A stretch of 48,643 nt of DNA from Methylovirgula sp. (GCA_050728495.1 JBOHJJ010000056.1:1-48643); one strand, 5' to 3'. Shown: positions 24,907 through 37,638, counted from the first letter of the stretch. A program made the numbers and translations. Notes: a model not told the origin generated them from the sequence alone.

Positions 24907-25743
24907 ATGGCGCTCAAGACATTCAAGCCGGTCACCCCGGGCCTTCGCCAATTGGTGATCGTCGATCGCTCGGAGCTCTACAAGGGCAAGCCGGTTAAAC
25001 ATCTGACCGAGGGCAAGGCCTCGACGGGCGGCCGCAATAACTTGGGCCGCATCACCGTGCGCTTCCGCGGCGGCGGCCATAAGCGGACTTACCGGATCGT
25101 CGATTTCAAGCGCCGCAAGGTGGACGTGCCGGGCAAGGTCGAGAGGATCGAATACGATCCGAACCGCACCTCATTCATCGCGCTTATCCGCTACGCCGAC
25201 GGCGAACTCTCCTACATCCTCGCTCCGCAGCGCCTTGGCATAGGCGACGAGGTCATCTCCGGCCAGCAGGTCGACGTGAAGCCCGGCAATGCGATGCCGA
25301 TGTCGAACATGCCGGTCGGCACCATGGTTCATAATGTCGAATTGAAACGCGGCAAAGGCGCCGCGATGGTGCGCGCCGCCGGCACGTTCGCGCAGATCGT
25401 CGGCCGTGACCAGGGCTACGTGATCCTACGGTTGAAGTCGGGCGAACAAAGGTTGGTGCACGGCCAATGTTTCGCGACTGTCGGCGCGGTCTCCAATCCT
25501 GATCACATGAACACCTCGATCGGCAAGGCTGGGCGCAGCCGTTGGCTGGGACGGATGCCGCATAACCGCGGCGTCACCATGAATCCGGTCGATCATCCGC
25601 ATGGCGGCGGCGAGGGCAAAACGTCGGGCGGCCGGCATCCGGTGACGCCTTGGGGCAAGCCAACGAAAGGCAAGAAGACGCGGTCGAACAAGGCGACCGA
25701 CAAATTCATCGCGACTTCGCGTCACAAGAACAAGAAGGCTTAA
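24907..25743 (+). CDS. rplB: 50S ribosomal protein L2
   Basis: [38 protein letters not shown] at 24907. Confidence 0.98.
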   Translation: MALKTFKPVTPGLRQLVIVDRSELYKGKPVKHLTEGKASTGGRNNLGRITVRFRGGGHKRTYRIVDFKRRKVDVPGKVERIEYDPNRTSFIALIRYADGELSYILAPQRLGIGDEVISGQQVDVKPGNAMPMSNMPVGTMVHNVELKRGKGAAMVRAAGTFAQIVGRDQGYVILRLKSGEQRLVHGQCFATVGAVSNPDHMNTSIGKAGRSRWLGRMPHNRGVTMNPVDHPHGGGEGKTSGGRHPVTPWGKPTKGKKTRSNKATDKFIATSRHKNKKA

Positions 25744-25748
25744 AGAGA

Positions 25749-26027
25749 ATGGCGCGTTCGATCTCCAAAGGTCCGTTCGTCGACGGCTATCTCTTGAAGA
25801 AAGCCGATGCCGCGCGCGCCTCCGGCCGTAGCGAGGTCATCAAGATCTGGAGCCGGCGCTCGACCATCCTGCCGCAGTTCGTCGGGCTCACCTTCGGCGT
25901 CCACAACGGCCGTAAGCACATCCCGGTCTTGGTCAGTGAGGACATGATCGGCCACAAGTTCGGCGAGTTCTCGCCGACCCGGACGTTCCACGGCCATTCG
26001 GGCGACAAAAAAGCCAAGCGGGTTTGA
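25749..26027 (+). CDS. rpsS: 30S ribosomal protein S19
   Basis: [24 protein letters not shown]. Confidence 0.98.
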   Translation: MARSISKGPFVDGYLLKKADAARASGRSEVIKIWSRRSTILPQFVGLTFGVHNGRKHIPVLVSEDMIGHKFGEFSPTRTFHGHSGDKKAKRV

Positions 26028-26030
26028 GAC

Positions 26031-26423
26031 ATGGGCAAAACTAAAAATCCGCGTCAGTTGAAGGACAACGAGGCCAAAGCGGTCTGCCGCATGTTGCGCG
26101 TCAGCCCGCAGAAATTGAACCTCGTCGCTCAGTTGATCCGCGGCAAGAAGGTCGACAAGGCGCTTGCCGATCTCGAATTCTCCCGCAAGCGCATCGCCGT
26201 CGATGTAAAGAAGACGCTCGAGAGCGCCATCGCCAATGCGGAAAACAATCACAGCCTCGATGTCGACGACCTCATCGTGGCCGAGGCATATGTCGGCAAC
26301 GCGCTGGTTTTAAAGCGCTTCTCGGCACGCGCCCGAGGCCGCGCCGGACGCATCCATAAACCCTTCGCCAATCTGACGATCGTGGTGCGCGAGGTCGAAG
26401 CGGCCAAGGCCGCGGGAGCATAA
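26031..26423 (+). CDS. rplV: 50S ribosomal protein L22
   Basis: [26 protein letters not shown]. Confidence 0.98.
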   Translation: MGKTKNPRQLKDNEAKAVCRMLRVSPQKLNLVAQLIRGKKVDKALADLEFSRKRIAVDVKKTLESAIANAENNHSLDVDDLIVAEAYVGNALVLKRFSARARGRAGRIHKPFANLTIVVREVEAAKAAGA

Positions 26424-26424
26424 A

Positions 26425-27138
26425 ATGGGACAGAAAGTCAATCCGATCGGCCTTCGCCTCGGTATCAACCGAACCTGGGATTCGCGCTGGTACGCCAACA
26501 AGGCCGAGTATGCCAAGCTGCTGCACGAGGACGTCAAGATCCGCGAGATCCTGATGAGCACCTTGAGACAGGCGGCGGTATCGAAGATCATCATCGAGCG
26601 GCCGCACAAGAAGTGCCGCGTGACGATCTATTCGGCGCGTCCCGGTGTCGTCATCGGCAAGAAGGGCGCCGATATCGACAAGATCCGCAAGACCGTCGCC
26701 AAGCTCACTGATTCCGAAGTGGTCATCAACATCGTCGAGGTGCGCAAGCCGGAGGTCGACGCGACCTTGGTCGCCGATTCGATCGCCCAGCAGCTCGAAC
26801 GCCGCGTCGCCTTTCGTCGTGCGATGAAACGCGCCGTGCAATCGGCGATGCGGCTCGGCGCAGAGGGTATCCGCATCAATTGTTCCGGCCGTCTTGGCGG
26901 CGCCGAAATCGCCCGCCTCGAATGGTACCGCGAGGGCCGCGTGCCGCTGCACACTTTGCGCGCCGATGTCGATTACGGCACCGCGACCGCGCATACCGCT
27001 TACGGCACCTGCGGCATCAAGGTTTGGATCTTCAAGGGCGAGATCCTCGAGCACGATCCGATGGCGCAGGACAAGAAAATGGCCGACCAGGATCACGGTG
27101 GCGGCGATCGCCGGCGCCGCGAGCGCGACGCCGCCTAA
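26425..27138 (+). CDS. rpsC: 30S ribosomal protein S3
   Basis: [33 protein letters not shown]. Confidence 0.99.
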   Translation: MGQKVNPIGLRLGINRTWDSRWYANKAEYAKLLHEDVKIREILMSTLRQAAVSKIIIERPHKKCRVTIYSARPGVVIGKKGADIDKIRKTVAKLTDSEVVINIVEVRKPEVDATLVADSIAQQLERRVAFRRAMKRAVQSAMRLGAEGIRINCSGRLGGAEIARLEWYREGRVPLHTLRADVDYGTATAHTAYGTCGIKVWIFKGEILEHDPMAQDKKMADQDHGGGDRRRRERDAA

Positions 27139-27161
27139 CGATTTGCATTGCGAGCTGAACC

Positions 27162-27575
27162 ATGTTGCAACCCAAGCGCACGAAATTCCGCAAGGCCTTC
27201 AAGGGGCGGATTCACGGCGCCGCGAAAGCCGGTTTCGAACTGCATTTCGGCCAGTACGGCTTAAAGGCGATCGAGCCGGATCGCGTCACCGCTCGCCAGA
27301 TCGAAGCGGCGCGGCGCGCCATGACGCGCCATATGAAGCGCGCCGGGCGGGTATGGATCCGCATTTTCCCGGACGTGCCGGTGTCGAAAAAACCGACCGA
27401 AGTGCGGATGGGCAAAGGCAAGGGCGCACCCGAGTTCTGGGCCTGTCGCGTTGCGCCGGGGCGCATCATGTTCGAGCTCGACGGCGTCCCGACCGAGACC
27501 GCGCGCGAGGCTTTGCTGCTCGCCGCGGCCAAACTGCCGATCAAGACGCGCTTCGTGCAGCGGATTGCGGAATAG
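27162..27575 (+). CDS. rplP: 50S ribosomal protein L16
   Basis: [20 protein letters not shown]. Confidence 0.99.
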   Translation: MLQPKRTKFRKAFKGRIHGAAKAGFELHFGQYGLKAIEPDRVTARQIEAARRAMTRHMKRAGRVWIRIFPDVPVSKKPTEVRMGKGKGAPEFWACRVAPGRIMFELDGVPTETAREALLLAAAKLPIKTRFVQRIAE

Positions 27576-27586
27576 GGGAGCGCGCC

Positions 27587-27796
27587 ATGAAGGCCAAGCA
27601 GCGATTGTCGGACATTCGGGTGATGAGCGAGGATCAGCTCGAACACGAGATCCTCAGCCTCAAGAAAGAGCAGTTCAACCTGCGCTTTCAGCGGGCGACG
27701 GGACAGCTTCAGGATACGGCGCGGATGCGTATCGTGCGGCGCGACATCGCCCGCGCGAAGACGATCGTCGCCGAGCGCCACGGCGCCAAGCAATAG
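27587..27796 (+). CDS. rpmC: 50S ribosomal protein L29
   Basis: [17 protein letters not shown]...RRDIAR; ATG at 27587 after GGGGAG. Confidence 0.96.
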   Translation: MKAKQRLSDIRVMSEDQLEHEILSLKKEQFNLRFQRATGQLQDTARMRIVRRDIARAKTIVAERHGAKQ

Positions 27797-27808
27797 GATT
27801 TTACGAGC

Positions 27809-28048
27809 ATGCCGAAACGGGTTCTTCAGGGCGTCGTCATCAGCGACAAGCAGGATAAGACCGTTGTGGTGAAGGTCGAACGGCGCTTCACGCATCCGCT
27901 GTTGAAGAAGACGGTGCGGCGCTCGAAGAATTTCCATGCGCATGATGCGGACAATCGCGCCAAGGTGGGCGATACGGTGTTCATCGAGGAGACGCGGCCG
28001 ATCTCCAAATTGAAACGCTGGATCGTCGTTGAGGCGGCGAAAGCTTAG
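27809..28048 (+). CDS. rpsQ: 30S ribosomal protein S17
   Basis: [23 protein letters not shown]. Confidence 0.98.
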   Translation: MPKRVLQGVVISDKQDKTVVVKVERRFTHPLLKKTVRRSKNFHAHDADNRAKVGDTVFIEETRPISKLKRWIVVEAAKA

Positions 28049-28066
28049 GAAGAGAAGGGCATCGCC

Positions 28067-28435
28067 ATGATCCAGATGCAAACAAATCTCGAGGTCGCCG
28101 ATAATTCCGGCGCGCGCCGCGTGATGTGCATCAAGGTGCTCGGCGGTTCGAAGCGCAAGTACGCCGGCGTCGGCGACGTGATTGTCGTCTCGATCAAGGA
28201 GGCGATCCCGCGCGGCCGCGTCAAGAAAGGCGACGTGATGCGGGCGGTGGTCGTGCGCACCGCCAAGGACATCAAGCGCCCCGACGGCTCGGTGATCCGC
28301 TTCGATTCCAATGCCGCGGTGCTGATCACCAACCAGGCGGAGCCGGTCGGCACCCGCATCTTCGGGCCGGTACCGCGCGAACTGCGCGCCAAGAACCACA
28401 TGAAGATCATCTCGCTCGCGCCGGAGGTGCTCTAA
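28067..28435 (+). CDS. rplN: 50S ribosomal protein L14
   Basis: [26 protein letters not shown]. Confidence 0.99.
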   Translation: MIQMQTNLEVADNSGARRVMCIKVLGGSKRKYAGVGDVIVVSIKEAIPRGRVKKGDVMRAVVVRTAKDIKRPDGSVIRFDSNAAVLITNQAEPVGTRIFGPVPRELRAKNHMKIISLAPEVL

Positions 28436-28753
28436 ATGGCCGCAAAGATCAAGAAGGGCGACAAGGTCGTCGTCCTCACCGGCCGCGATAAGGGGCGCGT
28501 GGGCGAGGTTATCCAAGTCCTGCCGAAAGAGAGCCGCGCGCTGGTGCGCGGCGTCAATCTCGTCAAGCGGCATCAGCGCCAGACGGCGAAGCAAGAGGGC
28601 GGCATCATCTCGAAAGAGAGCACGATTCATCTCTCCAACCTCGCGTTTGTCGATCCTAAGGATGGCAAGCAGACGCGGGTCGGATTCAAGATTCTCGACG
28701 ACGGCCGCAAGGTGCGGTTCGCGAAACGCTCGGGAGACCTGATCGATGGCTGA
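28436..28753 (+). CDS. rplX: 50S ribosomal protein L24
   Basis: [23 protein letters not shown]. Confidence 0.98.
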   Translation: MAAKIKKGDKVVVLTGRDKGRVGEVIQVLPKESRALVRGVNLVKRHQRQTAKQEGGIISKESTIHLSNLAFVDPKDGKQTRVGFKILDDGRKVRFAKRSGDLIDG

Positions 28754-29492
28754 AACAACAGGCAAGGGCCCCAAGGACGCCAAGGCCGCGCCGAAGGACA
28801 AAGCCAAGGGTGCGAAGCCCGAGGCGAAGGCTGCGGCGCCTGAAAAGAGCGCCAAGGGCGCCGAGGCCAAAGCCAAGGCGCAAGCGAAAACGCGCGAGCG
28901 CCAGACTCCGCGCGCCCCCGCCGCCGAACCGTTCGATGTGCCGAAGGACTACGTGCCGCGGCTCAAGAAATACTACACCGAGGTGGTGCGCCCGCAGCTC
29001 ACCAAGGAATTCGGCTACAAGAACCAGCTGGAAGTGCCGATGATCGACAAGATCGTACTCAACATGGGCGTCGGGGAAGCGGTCAACGATACCAAGAAGG
29101 TAACGTCCGCCGCCGCCGATCTCGCGCTCATCGCCGGCCAGAAGCCGATCATCACGCGGGCGCGCAAGGCGATCGCCACCTTCAAAGTGCGTGAGAACAT
29201 GCCAATCGGCGTGAAAGTCACATTGCGCAAGGCGCGGATGTACGAATTCCTCGACCGGCTTGTGACGGTCGCTCTGCCACGCGTGCGCGATTTTCGCGGA
29301 CTAAGCCAGAAGAGCTTCGACGGGCGCGGCAATTACGCGTTGGGTATCAAAGAGCACATCGTGTTTCCGGAGGTCGATTACGATAAGACCGAGAGCGTTC
29401 TCGGTCTCGACGTCGTCGTTTGCACCACCGCCAAGTCCGACGACGAGGCGCGCGCGCTCCTACGGGCATTCAACTTCCCCTTCCGGCAGTGA
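28746..29492 (+). CDS. rplE: 50S ribosomal protein L5 with an Ala/Lys-rich N-terminal expansion
   Basis: [35 protein letters not shown]; 248 aa; ATG at 28746 after GGAG. Confidence 0.96.
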   Translation: MAETTGKGPKDAKAAPKDKAKGAKPEAKAAAPEKSAKGAEAKAKAQAKTRERQTPRAPAAEPFDVPKDYVPRLKKYYTEVVRPQLTKEFGYKNQLEVPMIDKIVLNMGVGEAVNDTKKVTSAAADLALIAGQKPIITRARKAIATFKVRENMPIGVKVTLRKARMYEFLDRLVTVALPRVRDFRGLSQKSFDGRGNYALGIKEHIVFPEVDYDKTESVLGLDVVVCTTAKSDDEARALLRAFNFPFRQ

Positions 29493-29528
29493 GACCACGT
29501 CTCAAACGCGGAGACCAGAGGCAGATAC

Positions 29529-29834
29529 ATGGCCAAGAAAAGTTCGATTGAAAAAAACAAGCACCGTGCGAAGTTGGTGAAACAGTACGCCGCCCGCCGC
29601 AAGAAGCTGAAGGCGCTCGCCGCAGATAAGGCGGTGAACACCGAAGATCGCTTCGCGGCACGCCTCAAGCTCGCCGAACTGCCGCGCAATTCGGCGCCGA
29701 GTCGGATGCGCAACCGCTGTGAGATCTCCGGCCGGCCGCGCGGCTTCATCGGCAAGATGAGAATGTCGCGCATCGCCGTGCGCGACCTCGGCGCGCGCGG
29801 TTTAATTCCAGGCCTTGTCAAGTCGAGCTGGTAG
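29529..29834 (+). CDS. rpsN: 30S ribosomal protein S14 (long form without the Zn motif)
   Basis: [34 protein letters not shown]. Confidence 0.97.
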   Translation: MAKKSSIEKNKHRAKLVKQYAARRKKLKALAADKAVNTEDRFAARLKLAELPRNSAPSRMRNRCEISGRPRGFIGKMRMSRIAVRDLGARGLIPGLVKSSW

Positions 29835-29846
29835 GAGGAGGCGATC

Positions 29847-30245
29847 ATGGCGATGAACGATCCTCTCGGTGATATGCTGAGCCGCATCCGCAACGCGCAG
29901 ATGCGCCGCAAGGGCAAGGTGAACACGCCGGGCTCGCGGCTGCGTGCGAACGTGCTCGATGTGCTCGCCCAGGAAGGCTATATCCGCGGCTATTCGACGA
30001 CCGAATACGGCAGCGGCCGCACCGAATTCGAGATCGAACTCAAATATTACGACGGCGAACCGGTGATCCACGAGCTGCAGCGCGTGTCGAAGCCCGGCCG
30101 GCGCGTCTATGCCGGCGTCACCGAAATGCCGCAGGTCGCCAACGGCCTCGGCATCACCATCGTCTCGACGCCGCAGGGCGTGATGGCCGATCATGCGGCA
30201 CGCGACGCTCACATAGGCGGCGAAGTTCTGTGTAAGGTATTCTGA
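29847..30245 (+). CDS. rpsH: 30S ribosomal protein S8
   Basis: [27 protein letters not shown]. Confidence 0.98.
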   Translation: MAMNDPLGDMLSRIRNAQMRRKGKVNTPGSRLRANVLDVLAQEGYIRGYSTTEYGSGRTEFEIELKYYDGEPVIHELQRVSKPGRRVYAGVTEMPQVANGLGITIVSTPQGVMADHAARDAHIGGEVLCKVF

Positions 30246-30264
30246 GCGAACGAGGAATTGGATC

Positions 30265-30798
30265 ATGTCTCGCGTCGGAAAAAAGCCTCTCGCGCTGCCG
30301 CCGGGCGTCACCGCCAAGGTCGAAGGCCAGACGGTCGCCATCAAGGGGGGCAAGGGCGAATTGCGCTTCGTCGCGCCGGGCGACATCGCCGTGAGCCTTG
30401 CCGACAATCAGCTCAAGGTCGATCCACGCAATGACACGAAACGGGCGCGTGCCATGTGGGGTACAACCCGCGCCATGCTGAACAATCTCGTCGTCGGAGT
30501 CACCAAAGGGTTCGAGAAACGGCTCGAGATCAACGGCGTCGGCTACAAGGCGGTGCTCGCCGGCAAGAACCTGCAATTGTCGCTGGGCTACAGCCACGAC
30601 GTGAGCTTCCCCGTGCCGCCGGGCATTACCATTGCGACGCCGAAGCCGACGGAAATCACCATCAGCGGCATCGATAAACATCTGGTCGGCGAAGTGGCGG
30701 CAGAGATCCGCGCTTTCCGACCGCCCGAGCCGTACAAAGGCAAAGGCGTGAAATATTCGGACGAGTTCATCTTCCGTAAGGAAGGCAAGAAGAAGTAA
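30265..30798 (+). CDS. rplF: 50S ribosomal protein L6
   Basis: [25 protein letters not shown]. Confidence 0.98.
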   Translation: MSRVGKKPLALPPGVTAKVEGQTVAIKGGKGELRFVAPGDIAVSLADNQLKVDPRNDTKRARAMWGTTRAMLNNLVVGVTKGFEKRLEINGVGYKAVLAGKNLQLSLGYSHDVSFPVPPGITIATPKPTEITISGIDKHLVGEVAAEIRAFRPPEPYKGKGVKYSDEFIFRKEGKKK

Positions 30799-30802
30799 GG
30801 CG

Positions 30803-31165
30803 ATGAGCAAGCACAACAAGACGGAAGGCCGCCGCAAGGCGCGCGTGCGGCGCTCGGTTAAGGTACACGGTTATGGCAAGCCGCGCCTTTCGGTCTACCG
30901 CTCGTCGAAGCAGATCTATTGCCAGATCATCGACGATGCCGGCGGACGCACGCTCGCCGCGGCTTCGTCGCTCGAAAAGGTCAATCGCGGAAGCCTGAAG
31001 ACTGGCGCCACCATCGAGGCGGCGCGGCTCATCGGCAAGCAGATCGCCGAGCGGGCGATCGAGGCCGGAATTAAAGAGGTGGTGTTCGACCGCGGTGCCT
31101 ATATGTATCACGGCCGCGTCAAAGCACTGGCCGAGGGCGCGCGTGAAGCTGGGCTGACAATCTGA
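30803..31165 (+). CDS. rplR: 50S ribosomal protein L18
   Basis: [23 protein letters not shown]. Confidence 0.98.
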   Translation: MSKHNKTEGRRKARVRRSVKVHGYGKPRLSVYRSSKQIYCQIIDDAGGRTLAAASSLEKVNRGSLKTGATIEAARLIGKQIAERAIEAGIKEVVFDRGAYMYHGRVKALAEGAREAGLTI

Positions 31166-31205
31166 GATGCGCGGCGAAAGGGCCACGAAATGATGGGAAT
31201 GATTT

Positions 31206-31775
31206 ATGGCACGTGATGGCGAAGGCGGCCGCGGCCGCGACCGGGATGAACGCGACGGCGAGTTTGTGGATCGCTTGGTCCACATCAACCGTGTCGCGAA
31301 AGTCGTGAAGGGCGGCCGGCGCTTCGGCTTCGCCGCGCTCGTCGTCGTCGGCGACCAGAAGGGAAGGGTGGGTTTCGGCCACGGCAAGGCGCGCGAAGTG
31401 CCGGAAGCGATCCGCAAGGCGACCGAGGCCGCCAAGCACGCTTTGATCCGCGTGCCGTTGCGCGAAGGCCGCACTTTGCATCATGACGTCACCGGCCGCC
31501 ACGGCGCGGGGAAGGTCGTGCTGCGCGCCGCGCCCGCCGGCACCGGCATCATCGCCGGCGGTCCGATGCGCGCCGTGTTCGAGACGCTCGGCATGCACGA
31601 CGTGGTCGCGAAGTCGCAAGGCTCGTCCAACCCCTACAACATGGTTAGAGCGACCTTCGACGCGCTGCAGAAGGAAGATTCGCCGCGCGCCGTCGCGGCG
31701 CGGCGCGGGATGAAAGTGTCGACATTGCAGGCACGCCGTCTGGGCGGCGAGGCCGAAGCCGCCGCGGAGGCCTGA
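31206..31775 (+). CDS. rpsE: 30S ribosomal protein S5
   Basis: [32 protein letters not shown]. Confidence 0.98.
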   Translation: MARDGEGGRGRDRDERDGEFVDRLVHINRVAKVVKGGRRFGFAALVVVGDQKGRVGFGHGKAREVPEAIRKATEAAKHALIRVPLREGRTLHHDVTGRHGAGKVVLRAAPAGTGIIAGGPMRAVFETLGMHDVVAKSQGSSNPYNMVRATFDALQKEDSPRAVAARRGMKVSTLQARRLGGEAEAAAEA

Positions 31776-31776
31776 G

Positions 31777-31977
31777 ATGGCAAAGACCAAGGCCAAAGCG
31801 AAAGCGCGCTTCACCGTTGAACAGACAAAAAGTCCGATCGGCCGTCCGGCCGTCCAGCGGACGACGTTGGTCGGCCTCAAGCTCAACAAGATCGGCCGGC
31901 GGGCGTCTCTGCCCGACACGCCGGCCGTGCGCGGCATGGTCGCCAAAGTCGCGCATCTCGTGCGCATCGTGGAATGA
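31777..31977 (+). CDS. rpmD: 50S ribosomal protein L30
   Basis: [24 protein letters not shown]. Confidence 0.96.
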   Translation: MAKTKAKAKARFTVEQTKSPIGRPAVQRTTLVGLKLNKIGRRASLPDTPAVRGMVAKVAHLVRIVE

Positions 31978-31987
31978 GGGCCGGGTC

Positions 31988-32464
31988 ATGAAGCTCAACG
32001 AAATCGCCGACAACCCCGGCGCGTCGAAGGCGCGCATGCGCATCGGTCGCGGCATCGGTTCCGGCAAAGGCAAGACAGGTGGGCGCGGCGTCAAGGGCCA
32101 GAAGGCCCGCACCGGCGTCAGAATCAAAGGATTCGAAGGCGGACAGATGCCGCTGCACCGGCGCTTGCCGAAGCGCGGCTTCACCCCGCCGCATGCCACA
32201 GACTATAACGAGGTCAATCTCCGCCGCATCCAGGCGGCGGTCGATTCGGGCAAGCTTACGCGCAGCGCGCCGGTCACGATCGCTTCTTTGATCGAGGCCG
32301 GCGTCTGCAGCAAGCCGCGCGACGGCGTAAAGATCCTCGGCATGGGCGAGATCAATGCGCCGCTTACTTTCGAAGTGGCCGCGGCGTCGAAATCGGCGAT
32401 CACGGCGATCGAAAAAGTGGGCGGCTCGGTGCGCCTTCTCATTACGGCCGTTGCGGAGGCCTAA
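31988..32464 (+). CDS. rplO: 50S ribosomal protein L15
   Basis: [38 protein letters not shown] at 31988. Confidence 0.98.
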   Translation: MKLNEIADNPGASKARMRIGRGIGSGKGKTGGRGVKGQKARTGVRIKGFEGGQMPLHRRLPKRGFTPPHATDYNEVNLRRIQAAVDSGKLTRSAPVTIASLIEAGVCSKPRDGVKILGMGEINAPLTFEVAAASKSAITAIEKVGGSVRLLITAVAEA

Positions 32465-32586
32465 ACCGACTGCGAGGCGCCCGTTGCGGAAGAGCCGGAG
32501 GTTTCCCACATCGACCGTGTCGCATCGACAACCGGTGAACGTTTCTCAAGCCTTGGCGGCGCGCCGTGCGCCGCGCGGAGCACTGC

Positions 32587-33921
32587 ATGGTATCGGCCGC
32601 TGAACAACTTGCCGCCAACGTCAATTGGGCCGCCTTCGCCAAGGCCGACGAACTCAAAAAGCGGATCTGGTTCACGCTCGGCGCGCTGATCATCTATCGG
32701 CTCGGCACCTATATCCCGCTGCCGGGCATCGATCCCGCCGCCTTCGAGGCGACGTTCAACGGCCACAACCAGGGCGTTCTTCAACTCTTCAACATGTTCT
32801 CGGGCGGCGCCGTGCAGCGCATGGCGATCTTTGCGCTGAACATCATGCCCTATATTTCCGCTTCGATCATCATCCAGATGCTTCAAAGCGTCATTCCCTC
32901 CCTCGAAGCGTTGAAGAAGGAGGGGGAGAGCGGCCGCAAGATCATCAACCAATACACGCGCTATCTGACGGTGGTGCTCGCCGGCTTTCAGGCATACGGG
33001 ATCGCCATCGGCCTCCAAGGCCAGACGGGGGTCGTCAGTAATCCGGGACTTTTCTTCTGCCTCACGACGACGCTGACCTTGACGGGTGGCACGGTCTTTC
33101 TGATGTGGCTCGGCGAGCAGATCACCTCGCGCGGCATCGGCAACGGCTCGTCGCTGATCATCTTCGCCGGGATTGTGGCGGCGTTTCCGGCGGCGATCAT
33201 CCACACCCTCGAACTCGGTCGCCAAGGCCAGCTCTCGACCTTCCTGATCATCACCGTCATGGTGATGGCGGTGTTCGTGATCGGTTTCATCGTCTTCATG
33301 GAACGCGCCCAGCGGCGGCTCGTCATCACCTATCCGAAGCGCCAGCAAGGCAATCGCGTCTATGAAGGCCAAACGTCGTTTCTGCCTCTGAAACTCAATA
33401 CCTCGGGCGTTATTCCGCCGATCTTCGCGTCGTCGCTCCTGCTCCTGCCGACGACGATCGCCAATTTCTCCGCGCAGCGCGGCGGGGGCGGCATCTTGGG
33501 AGCGATTTCGCTGTATCTCGGCCAGGGCCGGCCGCTATATTTGATTCTCTACGTCGCGCTCATCGTGTTCTTCACGTTTTTCTACACGGCGATCGTTTTC
33601 AATCCGACCGAGACGGCCGACAACTTGAAGAAACATAGCGGCTTCATTCCCGGCATAAGGCCGGGCGAACGCACCGCGCAACATATCGACAAGGTGTTGA
33701 TGCGGATTACGGTAGTGGGCGCCGCCTATTTGAGCTTGATCTGCCTTTTGCCGCAGCTCCTGATTTCCTACGCCGACATGCCGTTTTATTTCGGCGGTAC
33801 CTCGCTTCTGATCGTTGTTAGCGTTACCATGGATACGCTGGCGCAGATCCATGGCCACCTCCAGGCGCACCAATACGAAGGATTGGTGAAAAAAGCCAAG
33901 TTGCGGGGCAAGAAGCGATGA
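32587..33921 (+). CDS. secY: preprotein translocase subunit SecY
   Basis: [45 protein letters not shown]. Confidence 0.98.
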   Translation: MVSAAEQLAANVNWAAFAKADELKKRIWFTLGALIIYRLGTYIPLPGIDPAAFEATFNGHNQGVLQLFNMFSGGAVQRMAIFALNIMPYISASIIIQMLQSVIPSLEALKKEGESGRKIINQYTRYLTVVLAGFQAYGIAIGLQGQTGVVSNPGLFFCLTTTLTLTGGTVFLMWLGEQITSRGIGNGSSLIIFAGIVAAFPAAIIHTLELGRQGQLSTFLIITVMVMAVFVIGFIVFMERAQRRLVITYPKRQQGNRVYEGQTSFLPLKLNTSGVIPPIFASSLLLLPTTIANFSAQRGGGGILGAISLYLGQGRPLYLILYVALIVFFTFFYTAIVFNPTETADNLKKHSGFIPGIRPGERTAQHIDKVLMRITVVGAAYLSLICLLPQLLISYADMPFYFGGTSLLIVVSVTMDTLAQIHGHLQAHQYEGLVKKAKLRGKKR

Positions 33922-34511
33922 GGCTCGTCGTGCTCGGACCGCCGGGCGCGGGAAAAGGCACGCAGTCCGCACGCCTGACGCGGAAATATCGCATCCCGCA
34001 GTTGTCGACCGGCGATATGTTACGCGTCGCGGCGGCGACCGGCACGCCGGTCGGCCGCCAAGTCAAGGCGCTCGTGGACGCCGGCAGTCTCGTCCCCGAC
34101 GACGTCGTGCTCAAAATCATCGCCGAGCGGATCGAGCAGCCGGACGCTACGCGCGGTTTCATTCTCGACGGATTTCCGCGGACGGTGTACCAAGCCAAGG
34201 CGTTCGACGAGCTGCTGAAGGCCAAGAACATGAAACTCGATGCGGTGGTCGAGCTGAAGGTCGACGAATCGGCGCTGCTCGGCCGGATCGAAAAGCGGGC
34301 GAAGGACATGGCCGCGCAGGGCTGCGCGGTGCGCGCCGACGACAACCCGGAAACGTTCAAGAAGCGGCTTGCGGCCTACCGGGAGATGACGGCGCCGGTT
34401 TCCGCCTATTACGCCCGCCAGGGCCGCCTGAACACGGTAGACGGTATGGCGCCGATCGATGCGGTCGCGGCTGAGATCGACCAAGCTGCCGAAAACTCCG
34501 TCCGGGTCTGA
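33918..34511 (+). CDS. adk: adenylate kinase (short LID form)
   Basis: [31 protein letters not shown]. Confidence 0.97.
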   Translation: MRLVVLGPPGAGKGTQSARLTRKYRIPQLSTGDMLRVAAATGTPVGRQVKALVDAGSLVPDDVVLKIIAERIEQPDATRGFILDGFPRTVYQAKAFDELLKAKNMKLDAVVELKVDESALLGRIEKRAKDMAAQGCAVRADDNPETFKKRLAAYREMTAPVSAYYARQGRLNTVDGMAPIDAVAAEIDQAAENSVRV

Positions 34512-34590
34512 ATTTACGCTCCGGAAGCTGGGACAGCGCCGGACCGACCTTTTGTCGCTGGGAAAGTCGAGAATTTGCCGCAATTGCCGG

Positions 34591-34619
34591 TTGACGGAAG
34601 CGCGGCGGATCACTACGTA
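34591..34619 (+). promoter_or_regulatory. putative sigma70 promoter of the alpha operon
   Basis: TTGACG-N17-TACGTA. Confidence 0.55.
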
Positions 34620-34756
34620 AGGCCGCTCAAGCCGAAAGGATCGGGTCCGGCTTTCATGGGTTACCATGAGAGGCCCGGATTTTCGTTGTTGGGCACCCTC
34701 GCCGGGGCCGGCCTTTTCCGCCGCATCCGGATCAGCGGCCAAAATGGAGAAAACGC

Positions 34757-35131
34757 GTGGCCCGTATTGCCGGCGTCAATATACCGACGAACAAACGCGT
34801 CGTCATTGCTCTTCAATATATTCACGGGATCGGTGCGAAGAAGGCGCAGGAGATCGTCGACAAAGTACATATTCCGCCGCAGCGGCGCGTGTTTGAACTT
34901 ACCGATTCCGAAGTCCTGCAGATCCGCGAGACGATCGACCGCGACTATCAAGTCGAGGGCGATCTGCGCCGCGAAGTGGCGATGAACATCAAGCGGCTGA
35001 TGGACCTTGGCAGCTATCGCGGCTTGCGGCATCGCCGCCAGCTTCCGGTGCGCGGCCAGCGCACCCATACGAACGCGCGCACCCGTAAGGGCAAGGCGAA
35101 GCCGATCGCCGGCAAGAAGAAGCCCACATAA
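34757..35131 (+). CDS. rpsM: 30S ribosomal protein S13
   Basis: [34 protein letters not shown]. Confidence 0.99.
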   Translation: MARIAGVNIPTNKRVVIALQYIHGIGAKKAQEIVDKVHIPPQRRVFELTDSEVLQIRETIDRDYQVEGDLRREVAMNIKRLMDLGSYRGLRHRRQLPVRGQRTHTNARTRKGKAKPIAGKKKPT

Positions 35132-35176
35132 GAAGCCCGAGCGCCTGGCATTACGGGCGCGTTGGAAGGACGGATC

Positions 35177-35566
35177 ATGGTGAAAGAAACAACCCACGTG
35201 CGCCGGCGTGAGCGCAAGAACATCGTCTCCGGCGTGGCGCATGTGAATTCCACGTTCAACAATACGATGATCACCATCAGCGATGCCCAGGGCAATACGA
35301 TTTCCTGGTCGTCGGCGGGAACGATGGGATTCAAAGGATCGCGCAAGTCGACGCCTTACGCGGCACAGATGGCGGCCGAGGACGCGGCGCGCAAAGCCGC
35401 CGAACACGGCATGCGTACGCTCGAAGTCGAAGTCTCGGGACCGGGATCGGGGCGCGAATCGGCGCTGCGCGCGCTGCAGGCCGCGGGTTTCACCGTCACC
35501 TCGATCCGCGACGTAACGCCGATCCCGCACAACGGTTGCCGGCCGCGCAAGCGGCGACGCGTTTAA
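35177..35566 (+). CDS. rpsK: 30S ribosomal protein S11
   Basis: [32 protein letters not shown]. Confidence 0.98.
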   Translation: MVKETTHVRRRERKNIVSGVAHVNSTFNNTMITISDAQGNTISWSSAGTMGFKGSRKSTPYAAQMAAEDAARKAAEHGMRTLEVEVSGPGSGRESALRALQAAGFTVTSIRDVTPIPHNGCRPRKRRRV

Positions 35567-35630
35567 CGCCAACGGCCAGAGCTCTCCGACATGGTAGGTG
35601 AGTTCTCGGGCTCGAACGAAGGATGCTCTC

Positions 35631-36647
35631 GTGATTCAAAAAAACTGGCAGGAGCTCATCAAGCCGAACAAGCTCGACGTCACCCCCGGTGACGATCAGA
35701 AGCGGCTTGCCACGGTCGTCGCCGAGCCGCTTGAACGCGGCTTCGGCGTCACGCTTGGCAATTCCTTGCGCCGGGTTCTTTTGTCGTCGCTGCAAGGGGC
35801 GGCGATCACCTCGGCGCACATCGACGGCGTGCTGCACGAATTCTCGTCGATTCCTGGCGTGCGCGAGGACGTAACCGACATTGTGCTCAACATCAAGGAC
35901 ATCGCCGTCAAAATGCAGAGCGACGGGCCGAAGCGTATGGTGCTGAAGAAACAGGGTCCCGGCAAAGTCACTGCCGCCGACATCCAGACGGTCGGCGACG
36001 TGCAGATCTTGAACCCCAACCTGGTCATCTGCACCCTCGATGAGGGTGCCGAGATCCGCATGGAATTCACCGTCAATACCGGCAAAGGCTACGTGACCGC
36101 CGAGCGCAACCGCAGCGAGGATGCGCCGATCGGCTTGATTCCGATCGACAGCCTCTATTCGCCGGTGCGCAAGGTAAGCTACCGCGTCGAGAACACCCGC
36201 GAAGGCCAGATTCTCGACTATGACAAGTTGACCATGCAGATCGAGACCAACGGCTCGATTACACCGGAGGACGCGGTCGCCTATGCGGCGCGCATTCTCC
36301 AGGATCAGCTCAACGTGTTCGTCAATTTCGAAGAACCGCGCCGCGAAGAGGTGACGCCGTCCATTCCGGAGCTTGCCTTCAACCCGGCGCTGCTCAAGAA
36401 GGTCGACGAGCTCGAGCTTTCCGTGCGTTCGGCGAATTGCCTGAAGAACGACAACATCATCTACATCGGCGATTTGATCCAGAAGACCGAGGCGGAGATG
36501 TTGCGGACCCCGAATTTCGGCCGCAAGTCGCTGAACGAGATCAAGGAAGTGCTCGCCCAAATGGGCCTTCATCTCGGCATGGAGGTAACCGGCTGGCCGC
36601 CGGAAAACATCGACGAACTCGCAAAGCGCTTCGAAGAGCATTATTGA
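35631..36647 (+). CDS. rpoA: DNA-directed RNA polymerase alpha subunit
   Basis: [38 protein letters not shown] start at 35631 inferred. Confidence 0.98.
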   Translation: MIQKNWQELIKPNKLDVTPGDDQKRLATVVAEPLERGFGVTLGNSLRRVLLSSLQGAAITSAHIDGVLHEFSSIPGVREDVTDIVLNIKDIAVKMQSDGPKRMVLKKQGPGKVTAADIQTVGDVQILNPNLVICTLDEGAEIRMEFTVNTGKGYVTAERNRSEDAPIGLIPIDSLYSPVRKVSYRVENTREGQILDYDKLTMQIETNGSITPEDAVAYAARILQDQLNVFVNFEEPRREEVTPSIPELAFNPALLKKVDELELSVRSANCLKNDNIIYIGDLIQKTEAEMLRTPNFGRKSLNEIKEVLAQMGLHLGMEVTGWPPENIDELAKRFEEHY

Positions 36648-36654
36648 GCGAGAA

Positions 36655-36704
36655 TCCTGCTCCCGCCTGCGGGAGAAAGTGGCCCGGCGAAGCCGGGTTG
36701 GATC
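36655..36704. repeat. REP-like palindromic element between rpoA and rplQ
   Basis: CTCCCGCCTGCGGGAG hairpin followed by GGCCCGGC-GAA-GCCGGGTT hairpin. Confidence 0.6.
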
Positions 36705-36746
36705 ACGCGGCCGTTCCTTGGCACGGCGGCCGCAGAGGAGAAGGCC

Positions 36747-37157
36747 ATGTATCACGGTCGCGCCAAGCGCCGCTTCAACCGCACCCACGAACATCGCAAG
36801 GCGATGTTCGCCAATCTGTCGCAGGCGCTCATCAAACACGAGCAGATCGTCACTACGCTGCCGAAGGCGAAGGACCTGCGCTCGGTGGTCGAGAAGCTCG
36901 TGACGCTCGGCAAGCGCGGTGGCCTGCATGCGCGCCGCCAGGCGATCGCGCGCCTCAAGGATGCCGATCTCGTCGGCAAGCTTTTCGATGTGCTGGGCCC
37001 GCGCTACCAGACGCGCAATGGCGGTTACACGCGCGTGTTGAAGGCGGGATTTCGGCAAGGCGACAATGCGGCCATGGCGGTCATCGAATTCGTCGATCGC
37101 GACGAAGCGGCCAAGGGCCAGGATTCCGGTCCGGTTGCGCCGGCCGAGGCCGAGTGA
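36747..37157 (+). CDS. rplQ: 50S ribosomal protein L17
   Basis: [32 protein letters not shown]. Confidence 0.98.
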   Translation: MYHGRAKRRFNRTHEHRKAMFANLSQALIKHEQIVTTLPKAKDLRSVVEKLVTLGKRGGLHARRQAIARLKDADLVGKLFDVLGPRYQTRNGGYTRVLKAGFRQGDNAAMAVIEFVDRDEAAKGQDSGPVAPAEAE

Positions 37158-37552
37158 GCGTTGAGATCCCGGGCGCGGTCGTCGGCGCGCCCAAGCTCTT
37201 TCTGCGCCTCGAAGGCCTAGCGATAGCGGTCGCCGCCGTGTTCTTTTATGAGCGGTTTGGCGGGTCATGGGCCCTCTTCGCCGTGCTCATTCTCGCGCCA
37301 GACCTGACGTTTCTCGCCTACCTGCTTTCGCCGCGCGCCGGCGCCACTGCCTATAACGCGGCGCATACAACGCTTGGGCCGCTCGCAGTCTTGGCGGCGG
37401 CCGCTTGGCTCGGCTTCCCTCTTGGCGAACATATCGCTCTGATTTTTCTGACCCACGTCGGTTTCGATCGGGCGCTGGCCTATGGCCTCAAATATCCGTC
37501 CGCTTTCGGCGACACGCATTTGGGACGGATCGGCGATGATTGTGGGGCTTGA
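37154..37552 (+). CDS. DUF4260-like membrane protein
   Basis: [42 protein letters not shown] overlap with the rplQ stop. Confidence 0.85.
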   Translation: MSVEIPGAVVGAPKLFLRLEGLAIAVAAVFFYERFGGSWALFAVLILAPDLTFLAYLLSPRAGATAYNAAHTTLGPLAVLAAAAWLGFPLGEHIALIFLTHVGFDRALAYGLKYPSAFGDTHLGRIGDDCGA

Positions 37553-37638
37553 CTGCACCGCAATTTCGCCACACCCAGAGTGGATCGACGCGGGCGTGAA
37601 TCGCTATCGCGACTCGCGGTAGCAAGCATCGAAGAGGC

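Noticed and set aside
33918..34511. Adenylate kinase lacks the long LID domain
   Set aside because: The short form is a known variant.
33918..37157. No infA, rpmJ, map or rpsD in the secY-alpha region
   Set aside because: Normal gene order for Alphaproteobacteria.
19601..37268. Antisense ORFs opposite fusA, tuf, ribosomal protein genes and rpoA (e.g. 394, 554 and 590 aa)
   Set aside because: Same shadow-ORF effect.
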